From NCBI RefSeq assembly GCF_009914755.1, contig NC_060948.1: a stretch of DNA of 64,000 bases; one strand, written 5' to 3'. Position numbers and translations under genes: made by a program. A model generated the notes under the pieces. It was not told where the DNA came from. It saw nothing but the letters and a program-made list of their open reading frames with translations, and ran no database searches. This document shows positions 1 through 18,491 of the stretch, one piece after another (the first letter of the stretch is position 1; every line of letters starts with the position of its first letter). The DNA comes from the human T2T-CHM13v2.0 reference genome, Homo sapiens.

Positions 1-1259
1 ATTATGCATAATATATATATTATGTCTATGTTATATATAGTATAAAACAACATATAATAATATATAATTGTATATATAAAATGCCACATATAATATATAT
101 TATATTTTATAACATATGTAATATATATTATATATTATATATAATACGTTGTATGTATAATACCTATATTAAATATATATTATATGACTATGTTATTAAT
201 TACATGTCACATGTGTTATATATTATATATTTTACATAGAATATACCGGTTACATACAATATATACTATGTTACCTATAATGTATAATTTATTACATGTA
301 AAATAAAGAATGCAATATATTATGTATAATTTATAATATACAATATGTGGAATGTGATATATATAACATATAATATATGATATATGATATACAGTATATG
401 ATATATAACATACAATATATGATTCCTAATATATATGGTATACAATATATATTTTATGATATGTATTCTATATGTTTTATATTCTGTTATATATAACTAT
501 TTGAAATTATATATAACTGTATAATATTTTATGTAAATATGTAATATAATATATATAACTATATAATATATTATATATAACTATATATTATGTTATATAT
601 ACTTTTATAACATAATTTACATAAAATGTCATAATATAATATATATTATATTATTTCACATTACATAATATATATTACATATCACCCAATATAAGTAACA
701 TACATAATATTATAATATATATTATATTATGTTATATTAAATATCATATATATCATGTATCATATATTCTATAATATATATTACACATTATATAATATGT
801 ATGTTGTCTATTTTCTGATATATAAAACTATATATATAATTATATTATTATACATATAACTAGATAAACATATAATTCTACATATTTTCATTTGTAATAT
901 ATAGAATTATATAATCATATATAATTATTTATATTCTATAAAAAATTATATCATTATATAAATTATAATATAAAAAAATTATAATATGTACTACAAATAT
1001 ACATATTATATATCATATATGATATAGTACCTTTGTTATATATCATAATACATATAAATGTGTATTATGTTATCTATAATTATATAATTTCATATATAAG
1101 ATGTATAATATGTATTATATATTGTCTATGTTATGTAATATATATAGTATATGTAAGCTGACACAGGATAAATATTATATACTATGACATATAAAATATA
1201 TGAGGTTATATGTTACATATAAGGCATAGCACATAACATGTAATATATATCATATATAA
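1..1259. repeat. AT-rich low-complexity domain (partial, first unit)
   Basis: Almost only A/T, degenerate TATA/TAATA/TATAA motifs; ends at the T-run (Alu poly-A tail) at 1260. Confidence 0.95.
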
Positions 1260-1424
<165 letters not shown>

Positions 1425-1480
1425 TAGCTAATTTTTTGGATTTTTAGTAGTGACAGCGTTTCACTGTATTGGCCAGGATG

Positions 1481-1489
1481 GTCTTGATC
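1481..1489 (-). promoter_or_regulatory. Alu internal RNA polymerase III B-box (sequence match only)
   Basis: Minus strand reads GATCAAGAC, matching the B-box consensus GWTCRANNC at the expected Alu position; activity unknown. Confidence 0.55.
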
Positions 1490-1551
1490 TCTTCACCTTG
1501 TGATCCCCTTGCCTTGGCCTCCAAATTTGCTGGGATTACAGGCCTGAGCCA

Positions 1552-2120
1552 AGATCCATATTTTTTAAATGAAAAAAAATTTCAAAGGTACTCTGCTTGG
1601 TACAATAATCAAATGTATAAACTGAGGAATAAAACATAACCATGAAACCTACTTATAACTGCATATGGAAAATACAGAGGATAATTTTTTAAATAACATA
1701 TTTTGAAAGCCTTAACTAGTAATTTGAAGAGTTGGCATTTGAAAGGCCAGTATGAATATACCTTCAAAGCAGCAACACAGGTTCCCCATGAGAAAAAGCA
1801 AACACAGGGAAAATAAAAACACAAAGGTTCAATCTCTTCTGACCTTTGAAAGACACAGCACAGACAGTGGTCCTTAAGACGAAGAGCAGGAGACCCCTAA
1901 TTCCGTCACCATGGCGATAGGGCATAAACATTGCTGGGTGAGGGCACAATCCACATTGTGAGGTCCAACTGCTGCCAGGAAGACAGGAGTGCTTTTACAT
2001 AGACCGAAAGGTCATTGAAGGCTCAGAGTTTTGTTTCAAGAACTGAATCCCAAGCCCACACGTTATTACGCTGCGCTTCTTAAAACAATTTATGAGATGG
2101 GAAAAAGGGCACCCACAAAC
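1552..2120. repeat. HSATI-like segment of DYZ2 (representative; recurs immediately after every Alu copy)
   Basis: Seen: ~570 bp of non-Alu, higher-complexity sequence next to the Alu 5' end. The HSATI name comes from the known DYZ2 architecture, not from a direct consensus alignment; boundaries approximate. Confidence 0.75.
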
Positions 2121-3971
<1,851 letters not shown>

Positions 3972-6099
3972 AGATCCATATTTTTTAAATGAAAAAAAAT
4001 TTCAAAGGTACTCTGCTTGGTACAATAATCAAATGTATAAACTGAGGAATAAAACATAACCATGAAACCTACTTATAACTGCATATGGAAAATACAGAGG
4101 ATAATTTTTTAAATAACATATTTTGAAAGCCTTAAGTAGTAATTTGAAGAGTTGGCATTTGAAAGGCCAGTATGAATATACCTTCAAAGCAGCAACACAG
4201 GTTCCCCATGAGAAAAAGCAAACACAGGGAAAATAAAAACACAAAGGTTCAATCTCTTCTGACCTTTGAAAGACACAGCACAGACAGTGGTCCTTAGGAC
4301 GAAGAGCAGGAGACCCCTAATTCCGTCACCATGGCGATAGGGCATAAACATTGCTGGGTGAGGGCACAATCCACATTGTGAGGTCCAACTGCTGCCAGGA
4401 AGACAGGAGTGCTTTTACATAGACCGAAAGGTCATTGAAGGCTCAGAGTTTTGTTTCAAGAACTGAATCCCAAGCCCACACGTTATTACGCTGCGCTTCT
4501 TAAAACAAGTTATGAGATGGGAAAAAGGGCACCCACAAACATACGTATACATTATGTATATAATAATATACAGTATCATATATATAATATATATAACCTA
4601 TGTATAATATTGTTTTACATCCTGCATCTTATATTATATATATTGTATAAAATATAATAATTGATAATATATAAATTTTATAATTATACAATATGACATA
4701 TAGTATATATTATAATTTATGACATATATAATATATGTTATATATCATATATAGAATATATTATACGGTTAATATACGTATTAAATATAAATTATACATT
4801 ATATATATTATATATAATATATCTGTTATATATAATACCCATTATGCATAATATATATATTATGTCTATGTTATATATAGTATAAAACAACATATAATAA
4901 TATATAATTGTATATATAAAATGCGACATATAATATATATTATATTTTATAACATATGTAATATATATTATATATTATATATAATACGTTGTATGTATAA
5001 TACCTATATTAAATATATATTATATGACTATGTTATTAATTACATGTCACATGTGTTATATATTATATATTTTACATAGAATATACCGGTTACATACAAT
5101 ATATACTATGTTACCTATAATGTATAATTGATTACATGTAAAATAAAGAATGCAATATATTATGTATAATTTATAATATACAATATGTGGAATGTGATAT
5201 ATATAACATATAATATATGATATATGATATACAGTATATGATATATAACATACAATATATGATACCTAATATATATGGTATACAATATATATTTTAAGAT
5301 ATGTATTCTATATGTTTTATATTCTGTTATATATAAGTATTTGAAATTATATATAACTGTATAATATTTTATGTAAATATGTAATATAATATATATAACT
5401 ATATAATATATTATATATAACTCTATATTATGTTATATATACTTTTATAACATAATTTACATAAAATGTCATAATATAATATATATTATATTATTTCACA
5501 TTACATAATATATATTACATATCACCCAATATAAGTAACATACATAATATTATAATATATATTATATTATGTTATATTAAATATCATATATATCATGTAT
5601 CATATATTCTATAATATATATTACACATTATATAATATGTATGTTGTCTATTTTCTGATATATAAAACTATATATATAATTATATTATTATACATATAAC
5701 TAGATAAACATATAATTCTACATATTTTCATTTGTAATATATAGAATTATATAATCATATATAATTATTTATATTCTATAAAAAATTATATCATTATATA
5801 AATTATAATATAAAAAAATTATAATATGTACTACAAATATACATATTATATATCATATATGATATAGTACCTTTGTTATATATCATAATACATATAAATG
5901 TGTATTATGTTATCTATAATTATATAATTTCATATATAAGATGTATAATATGTATTATATATTGTCTATGTTATGTAATATATATAGTATATGTAAGCTG
6001 ACACAGGATAAATATTATATACTATGACATATAAAATATATGAGGTTATATGTTACATATAAGGCATAGCACATAACATGTAATATATATCATATATAA

Positions 6100-6391
<292 letters not shown>

Positions 6392-8519
6392 AGATCCATA
6401 TTTTTTAAATGAAAAAAAATTTCAAAGGTACTCTGCTTGGTACAATAATCAAATGTATAAACTGAGGAATAAAACATAACCATGAAACCTACTTATAACT
6501 GCATATGGAAAATACAGAGGATAATTTTTTAAATAACATATTTTGAAAGCCTTAACTAGTAATTTGAAGAGTTGGCATTTGAAAGGCCAGTATGAATATA
6601 CCTTCAAAGCAGCAACACAGGTTCCCCATGAGAAAAAGCAAACACAGGGAAAATAAAAACACAAAGGTTCAATCTCTTCTGACCTTTGAAAGACACAGCA
6701 CAGACAGTGGTCCTTAAGACGAAGAGCAGGAGACCCCTAATTCCGTCACCATGGCGATAGGGCATAAACATTGCTGGGTGAGGGCACAATCCACATTGTG
6801 AGGTCCAACTGCTGCCAGGAAGACAGGAGTGCTTTTACATAGACCGAAAGGTCATTGAAGGCTCAGAGTTTTGTTTCAAGAACTGAATCCCAAGCCCACA
6901 CGTTATTACGCTGCGCTTCTTAAAACAATTTATGAGATGGGAAAAAGGGCACCCACAAACATACGTATACATTATGTATATAATAATATACAGTATCATA
7001 TATATAATATATATGACCTATGTATAATATTGTTTTACATCCTGCATCTTATGTTATATATATTGTATAAAATATAATAATTGATAATATATAAGTTTTA
7101 TAATTATACAATATGACATATAGTATATATTATAATTTATGACATATATAATATATGTTATATATCATATATAGAATATATTATACGGTTAATATACGTA
7201 TTAAATATAAATTATACATTATATATATTATATATAATATATCTATTATATATAATACCCATTATGCATAATATATATATTATGTCTATGTTATATATAG
7301 TATAAAACAACATATAATAATATATAATTGTATATATAAAATGCGACATATAATATATATTATATTTTTTAACATATGTAATATATATTATATATTATAT
7401 ATAATACGTTGTATGTATAATACCTATATTAAATATATATTATATGACTATGTTATTAATTACATGTCACATGTGTTATATATTATATATTTTACATAGA
7501 ATATACCGGTTACATACAATATATACTATGTTACCTATAATGTATAATTTATTACATGTAAAATAAAGAATGCAATATATTATGTATAATTTATAATATA
7601 CAATATGTGGAATGTGATATATGTAACATATAATATATGATATATGATATACAGTATATGATATATAACATACAATATATGATTCCTAATATATATGGTA
7701 TACAATATATATTTTATGATATGTATTCTATATGTTTTATATTCTGTTATATATAACTATTTGAAATTATATATAACTGTATAATATTTTATGTAAATAT
7801 GTAATATAATATATATAACTATATAATATATTATATATAACTATATATTATGTTATATATACTTTTATAACATAATTTACATAAAATATCATAATACAAT
7901 ATATATTATATTATTTCATATTACATAATATATATTACATATCACCCAATATAACTAACATACATAATATTATAATATAGATTATATTATGTTATATTAA
8001 ATATCATATATATCATGTATCATATATTCTATAATATATATTACACATTATAAAGTATGTATGTTGTCTATTATGTGATATATATAACTCTATATATAAT
8101 TATATTATTATACATATAACTAGATAAACATGTAATTCTACATATTTTCATTTATAATATGTAGAATTATATAATCATATATAATTATTTATATTCTATA
8201 AAAAATTTTATCATTATATAAATTATAATATATAAAAATTATAATATGTACTACAAATATATATATTATATATCATATATGATATAGTACCTTTGTTATA
8301 TATCATAATACATATAAATGTGTATTATGTTATCTATAATTATATAATTTCATATATAAGATGTATAATATGTATCATATATTATATATGTTATGTAATA
8401 TATATAGTATATATAAGATGACACAGGATAAATATTATATACTATGACATATAAAATATATGAGGTTATATGTTACATATAAGGCATAGCACATAACATG
8501 TAATATATACCATATATAA

Positions 8520-8811
8520 TTTTTTTTTAGACAGAATCTTGTCCTGTTGCACAGGGTGGGGTACAATGGCGCCATCTTTGCTCACTGCAACTTCTGCCTC
8601 ACGGGTCCAAGCGATTGTCCTCCCTCAGCCTCCCAGGTAGCTGGGACTACACCACACTGGGACTACACCAGCTGCCACCATGCCTAGCTAATTTTTTGGA
8701 TTTTTAGTAGTGACAGCGTTTCACTGTATTGGCCAGGATGGTCTTGATCTCTTCACCTTGTGATCCCCTTGCCTTGGCCTCCAAATTTGCTGGGATTACA
8801 GGCCTGAGCCA
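8520..8811 (-). mobile_element. Alu copy, unit 4
   Basis: Same landmarks. Confidence 0.95.
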
Positions 8812-10916
8812 AGATCCATATTTTTTAAATGAAAAAAAATTTCAAAGGTACTCTGCTTGGTACAATAATCAAATGTATAAACTGAGGAATAAAACATAAC
8901 CATGAAACCTACTTATAACTGCATATGGAAAATACAGAGGATAATTTTTTAAATAACATATTTTGAAAGCCTTAACTAGTAATTTGAAGAGCTGGCATTT
9001 GAAAGGCCAGTATGAATATACCTTCAAAGCAGCAACACAGGTTCCCCATGAGAAAAAGCAAACACAGGGAAAATAAAAACACAAAGGTTCAATCTCTTCT
9101 GACCTTTGAAAGACACAGCACAGACAGTGGTCCTTAGGACGAAGAGCAGGAGACCCCTAATTCCGTCACCATGGCGATAGGGCATAAACATTGCTGGGTG
9201 AGGGCACAATCCACATTGTGAGGTCCAACTGCTGCCAGGAAGACAGGAGTGCTTTTACATAGACCGAAAGGTCATTGAAGGCTCAGAGTTTTGTTTCAAG
9301 AACTGAATCCCAAGCCCACACGTTATTAGGCTGCGCTTCTTTAAACAAGTTATGAGATGGGAAAAAGGGCACCCACAAACATACGTATACATTATGTATA
9401 TAATAATATACAGTATCATATATATAATATATATAACCTATGTATAATATTGTTTTACATCCTGCATCTTTTGTTATATATATTGTATAAAATATAATAA
9501 TTGATAATATATAAGTTTTATATTTATACAATATGACATATAGTATATATTATAATTTATGACATATATAATATATGTTATATATCATATATAGAATATA
9601 TTATACGGTTAATATACGTATTAAATATAAATTATACATTATATATATTATATATAATATATCTGTTATATATAATACCCATTATGCATAATATATATAT
9701 TATGTCTATGTTATATATAGTATAAAACAACATATAATAATATATAATTGTATATATAAAATGCGACATATAATATATATTATATTTTATGACATATGTA
9801 ATATATATTATATATTATATATAATACGTTGTATGTATAATACCTATATTAAATATATATTATATGACTATGTTATTAATTACATGTCACATGTGTTATA
9901 TATTATTTATTTTACATAGAATATACCGGTTACATACAATATATACTATGTTACCTATAATGTATAATTTATTACATGTAAAATAAAGAATGCAATATAT
10001 TATGTATAATTTATAATATACCATATGTGGAATGTGATATATATAACATATAATATATGATATATGATATACAGTATATGATATATAACATACAATATAT
10101 GATTCCTAATATATATGGTATACAATATATATTTTATGATATGTATTCTGTATGTTTTATATTCTGTTATATATAACTATTTGAAATTATATATAACTGT
10201 ATAATATTTTATGTAAATATGTAATATAATATATATAACTATATAATATATTATATATAACTATATATTATGTTATATATACTTTTATAACATAATTTAC
10301 ATAAAATATCATAATATAATATATATTATATTATTTCATATTACATAATATATATTACATATCACCCAATATAACTAACATACATAATATTATAATATAG
10401 ATTATATTGTGTTATATTAAATATCATATATATCATGTATCATATATTCTATAATATATATTACACATTATATAATATGTATGTTGTCTATTATGTGATA
10501 TATATGACAATATATATAATTATATTTTTATACATATAACTAGATAAACATGTAATTCTACATATTTTCATTTATAATATGTAGAATTATATAATCATAT
10601 ATAATTATTTATATTCTATAAAAAATTTTATCTTTATATAAATTATAATATATAAAAATTATAATATGTTCTTCAAATATATATATTATATATCATATAT
10701 GCTATAGTACCTTTGTTATATATCATAATACATATAAATGTGTATTATGTTATCTATAATTATATAATTTCATATATAAGTTGTATAATATGTATCATAT
10801 ATTATATATGTTATGTAATATATATAGTATATATAAGATGACACTGGATAAATATTATATACTATGACATATAAAATATATGAGGTTATATGTTACATAT
10901 AAGGCATAGCACATAA

Positions 10917-11231
<315 letters not shown>

Positions 11232-13336
11232 AGATCCATATTTTTTAAATGAAAAAAAATTTCAAAGGTACTCTGCTTGGTACAATAATCAAATGTGTAA
11301 ACTGAGGAATAAAACATAACCATGAAACCTACTTATAACTGCATATGGAAAATACAGAGGATAATTTTTTAAATAACAAATTTTGAAAGCCTTAACTAGT
11401 AATTTGAAGAGCTGGCATTTGAAAGGCCAGTATGAATATACCTTTAAAGCAGCAACACAGGTTCCCCATGAGAAAAAGCAAACACAGGGAAAGTAAAAAC
11501 ACAAAGGTTCAATCTCTTCTGACCTTTGAAAGACACAGCACAGACAGTGGTCCTTAGGACGAAGAGCAGGAGACCCCTAATTCCGTCACCATGGCGATAG
11601 GGCATAAACATTGCTGGGTGAGGGCACAATCCACATTGTGAGGTCCAACTGCTGCCAGGAAGACAGGAGTGCTTTTACATAGACCGAAAGGTCATTGAAG
11701 GCTCAGAGTTTTGTTTCAAGAACTGAATCCCAAGCCCACACGTTATTAGGCTGCGCTTCTTAAAACAAGTTATGAGATGGGAAAAAGGGCACCCACAAAC
11801 ATACGTATACATTATGTATATAATAATATAGAGTGTCATATATATAATATATATAACCTATGTATAATATTGTTTTACATCCTGCATCTTATGTTATATA
11901 TATTGTATAAAATATAATAATTGATAATATATAAGTTTTATATTTACACAATATGACATATAGTATATATTATAATTTATGACATATATAATATATGTTA
12001 TATATCATATATAGAATATATTATACGGTTAATATACGTATTAAATATAAATTATACATTATATATATTATATATAATATATCTGTTATATATAATACCC
12101 ATTATGCATAATATATATATTATGTCTATGTTATATATAGTATAAAACAACATATAATAATATATAATTGTATATATAAAATGCGACATATAATATATAT
12201 TATATTTTATGACATATGTAATATATATTATATATTATATATAATACATTGTATGTATAATACCTATATTAAATATATATTATATGACTATGTTATTAAT
12301 TACATGTCACATGTGTTATATATTATTTATTTTACATAGAATATACCGGTTACATACAATATATACTATGTTACCTATAATGTATAATTTATTACATGTA
12401 AAATAAAGAATGCAATATATTATGTATAATTTATAATATACCATATGTGGAATGTGATATATATAACATATAATATATGATATATGATATACAGTATATG
12501 ATATATAACATACAATATATGATTCCTAATATATATGGTATACAATATATATTTTATGATATGTATTCTGTATGTTTTATATTCTGTTATATATAACTAT
12601 TTGAAATTATATATAACTGTATAATATTTTATGTAAATATGTAATATAATATATATAACTATATAATATATTATATATAACTATATATTATGTTATATAT
12701 ACTTTTATAACATAATTTACATAAAATATCATAATATAATATATATTATATTATTTCATATTACATAATATATATTACATATCACCCAATATAACTAACA
12801 TACATAATATTATAATATAGATTATATTGTGTTATATTAAATATCATATATATCATGTATCATATATTCTATAATATATATTACACATTATATAATATGT
12901 ATGTTGTCTATTATGTGATATATATGACAATATATATAATTATATTTTTATACATATAACTAGATAAACATGTAATTCTACATATTTTCATTTATAATAT
13001 GTAGAATTATATAATCATATATAATTATTTATATTCTATAAAAAATTTTATCTTTATATAAATTATAATATATAAAAATTATAATATGTTCTTCAAATAT
13101 ATATATTATATATCATATATGCTATAGTACCTTTGTTATATATCATAATACATATAAATGTGTATTATGTTATCTATAATTATATAATTTCATATATAAG
13201 TTGTATAATATGTATCATATATTATATATGTTATGTAATATATATAGTATATATAAGATGACACAGGATAAATATTATATACTATGACATATAAAATATA
13301 TGAGGTTATATGTTACATATAAGGCATAGCACATAA

Positions 13337-13651
<315 letters not shown>

Positions 13652-15756
13652 AGATCCATATTTTTTAAATGAAAAAAAATTTCAAAGGTACTCTGCTTGG
13701 TACAATAATCAAATGTATAAACTGAGGAATAAAACATAACCATGAAACCTACTTATAACTGCATATGGAAAATACAGAGGATAATTTTTTAAATAACATA
13801 TTTTGAAAGCCTTAACTAGTAATTTGAAGAGTTGGCATTTGAAAGGCCAGTATGAATATACCTTCAAAGCAGCAACACAGGTTCCCCATGAGAAAAAGCA
13901 AACACAGAGAAAATAAAAACACAAAGGTTCAATCTCTTCTGACCTTTGAAAGACACAGCACAGACAGTGGTCCTTAGGACGAAGAGCAGGAGACCCCTAA
14001 TTCCGTCACCATGGCGATAGGGCATAAACATTGCTGGGTGAGGGCACAATCCACATTGTGAGGTCCAACTGCTGCCAGGAAGACAGGAGTGCTTTTACAT
14101 AGACCGAAAGGTCATTGAAGGCTCAGAGTTTTGTTTCAAGAACTGAATCCCAAGCCCACACGTTATTAGGCTGCGCTTCTTAAAACAAGTTATGAGATGG
14201 GAAAAAGGGCACCCACAAACATACGTATACATTATGTATATAATAATATACAGTATCATATATATAATATATATAACCTATGTATAATATTGTTTTACAT
14301 CCTGCATCTTATGTTATATATATTGTATAAAATATAATAATTGATAATATATAAGTTTTATAATTATACAATATGACATATAGTATATATTATAATTTAT
14401 GACATATATAATATATGTTATATGTCATATATAGAATATATTATAGGGTTAATATACGTATTAAATATAAATTATACATTAAATATATTATATATAATAT
14501 ATCTGTTATATATAATACCCATTATGCATAATATATATATTATGTCTATGTTATATATAGTATAAAACAACATATAATAATATATAATTGTATATATAAA
14601 ATGCGACATATAATATATATTATATTTTATGACATATGTAATATATATTATATATTATATATAATACGTTGTATGTATAATACCTATATTAAATATATAT
14701 TATATGACTATGTTATTAATTACATGTCACATGTGTTATATATTATTTATTTTACATAGAATATACCGGTTACATACAATATATACTATGTTACCTATAA
14801 TGTATAATTTATTACATGTAAAATAAAGAATGCAATATATTATGTATAATTTATAATATACCATATGTGGAATGTGATATATATAACATATAATATATGA
14901 TATATGATATACAGTATATGATATATAACATACAATATATGATTCCTAATATATATGGTATACAATATATATTTTATGATATGTATTCTGTATGTTTTAT
15001 ATTCTGTTATATATAACTATTTGAAATTATATATAACTGTATAATATTTTATGTAAATATGTAATATAATATATATAACTATATAATATATTATATATAA
15101 CTATATATTATGTTATATATACTTTTATAACATAATTTACATAAAATATCATAATATAATATATATTATATTATTTCATATTACATAATATATATTACAT
15201 ATCACCCAATATAACTAACATACATAATATTATAATATAGATTATATTGTGTTATATTAAATATCATATATATCATGTATCATATATTCTATAATATATA
15301 TTACACATTATATAATATGTATGTTGTCTATTATGTGATATATATGACAATATATATAATTATATTTTTATACATATAACTAGATAAACATGTAATTCTA
15401 CATATTTTCATTTATAATATGTAGAATTATATAATCATATATAATTATTTATATTCTATAAAAAATTTTATCTTTATATAAATTATAATATATAAAAATT
15501 ATAATATGTTCTTCAAATATATATATTATATATCATATATGCTATAGTACCTTTGTTATATATCATAATACATATAAATGTGTATTATGTTATCTATAAT
15601 TATATAATTTCATATATAAGTTGTATAATATGTATCATATATTATATATGTTATGTAATATATATAGTATATATAAGATGACACTGGATAAATATTATAT
15701 ACTATGACATATAAAATATATGAGGTTATATGTTACATATAAGGCATAGCACATAA

Positions 15757-16071
<315 letters not shown>

Positions 16072-18176
16072 AGATCCATATTTTTTAAATGAAAAAAAAT
16101 TTCAAAGGTACTCTGCTTGGTACAATAATCAAATGTATAAACTGAGGAATAAAACATAACCATGAAACCTACTTATAACTGCATATGGAAAATACAGAGG
16201 ATAATTTTTTAAATAACATATTTTGAAAGCCTTAACTAGTAATTTGAAGAGTTGGCATTTGAAAGGCCAGTATGAATATACCTTCAAAGCAGCAACACAG
16301 GTTCCCCATGAGAAAAAGCAAACACAGAGAAAATAAAAACACAAAGGTTCAATCTCTTCTGACCTTTGAAAGACACAGCACAGACACTGGTCCTTAGGAC
16401 GAAGAGCAGGAGACCCCTAATTCCGTCACCATGGCGATAGGGCATAAACATTGCTGGGTGAGGGCACAATCCACATTGTGAGGTCCAACTGCTGCCAGGA
16501 AGACAGGAGTGCTTTTACATAGACCGAAAGGTCATTGAAGGCTCAGAGTTTTGTTTCAAGAACTGAATCCCAAGCCCACACGTTATTAGGCTGCGCTTCT
16601 TAAAACAAGTTATGAGATGGGAAAAAGGGCACCCACAAACATACGTATACATTATGTATATAATAATATACAGTATCATATATATAATATATATAACCTA
16701 TGTATAATATTGTTTTACATCCTGCATCTTATGTTATATATATTGTATAAAATATAATAATTGATAATATATAAGTTTTATAATTATACAATATGACATA
16801 TAGTATATATTATAATTTATGACATATATAATATATGTTATATGTCATATATAGAATATATTATAGGGTTAATATACGTATTAAATATAAATTATACATT
16901 ATATATATTATATATAATATATCTGTTATATATAATACCCATTATGCATAATATATATATTATGTCTATGTTATATATAGTATAAAACAACATATAATAA
17001 TATATAATTGTATATATAAAATGCCACATATAATATATATTATATTTTATAACATATGTAATATATATTATATATTATATATAATACGTTGTATGTATAA
17101 TACCTATATTAAATATATATTATATGACTATGTTATTAATTACATGTCACATGTGTTATATATTATATATTTTACATAGAATATACCGGTTACATACAAT
17201 ATATACTATGTTACCTATAATGTATAATTTATTACATGTAAAATAAAGAATGCAATATATTATGTATAATTTATAATATACAATATGTGGAATGTGATAT
17301 ATATAACATATAATATATGATATATGATATACAGTATATGATATATAACATACAATATATGATTCCTAATATATATGGTATACAATATATATTTTATGAT
17401 ATGTATTCTATATGTTTTATATTCTGTTATATATAACTATTTGAAATTATATATAACTGTATAATATTTTATGTAAATATGTAATATAATATATATAACT
17501 ATATAATATATTATATATAACTATATATTATGTTATATATACTTTTATAACATAATTTACATAAAATATCATAATATAATATATATTATATTATTTCATA
17601 TTACATAATATATATTACATATCACCCAATATAACTAACATACATAATATTATAATATAGATTATATTGTGTTATATTAAATATCATATATATCATGTAT
17701 CATATATTCTATAATATATATTACACATTATATAATATGTATGTTGTCTATTATGTGATATATATAACTCTATATATAATTATATTTTTATACATATAAC
17801 TAGATAAACATGTAATTCTACATATTTTCATTTATAATATGTAGAATTATATAATCATATATAATTATTTATATTCTATAAAAAATTTTATCATTCTATA
17901 AATTATAATATATAAAAATTATAATATGTACTACAAATATATATATTATATATCACATATGATATAGTACCATTGTTATATATCATAATACATATAAATG
18001 TGTATTATGTTATCTATAATTATATAATTTCATATATAAGATGTATAATATGTATCATATATTATATATGTTATGTAACATATATAGTATATATAAGATG
18101 ACACAGGATAAATATAATATACTATGACATATAAAATATATGAGGTTATATGTTACATATAAGGCATAGCACATAA

Positions 18177-18491
<315 letters not shown>

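Noticed and set aside
1-1259. TATA boxes, polyadenylation signals, or an organellar or Plasmodium-like AT-rich genome
   Set aside because: Such motifs are expected by chance at this composition, and the primate Alu identifies the source.
1609-1949. Repeated 71-aa and 61-aa minus-strand ORFs (MCFYFPCV..., MCPHPAMF...) present in all units
   Set aside because: They are short, overlap in different frames and have no recognisable domain. Their conservation only reflects ~98-99% identity between satellite copies, and the substitutions give no visible sign of codon-level constraint.
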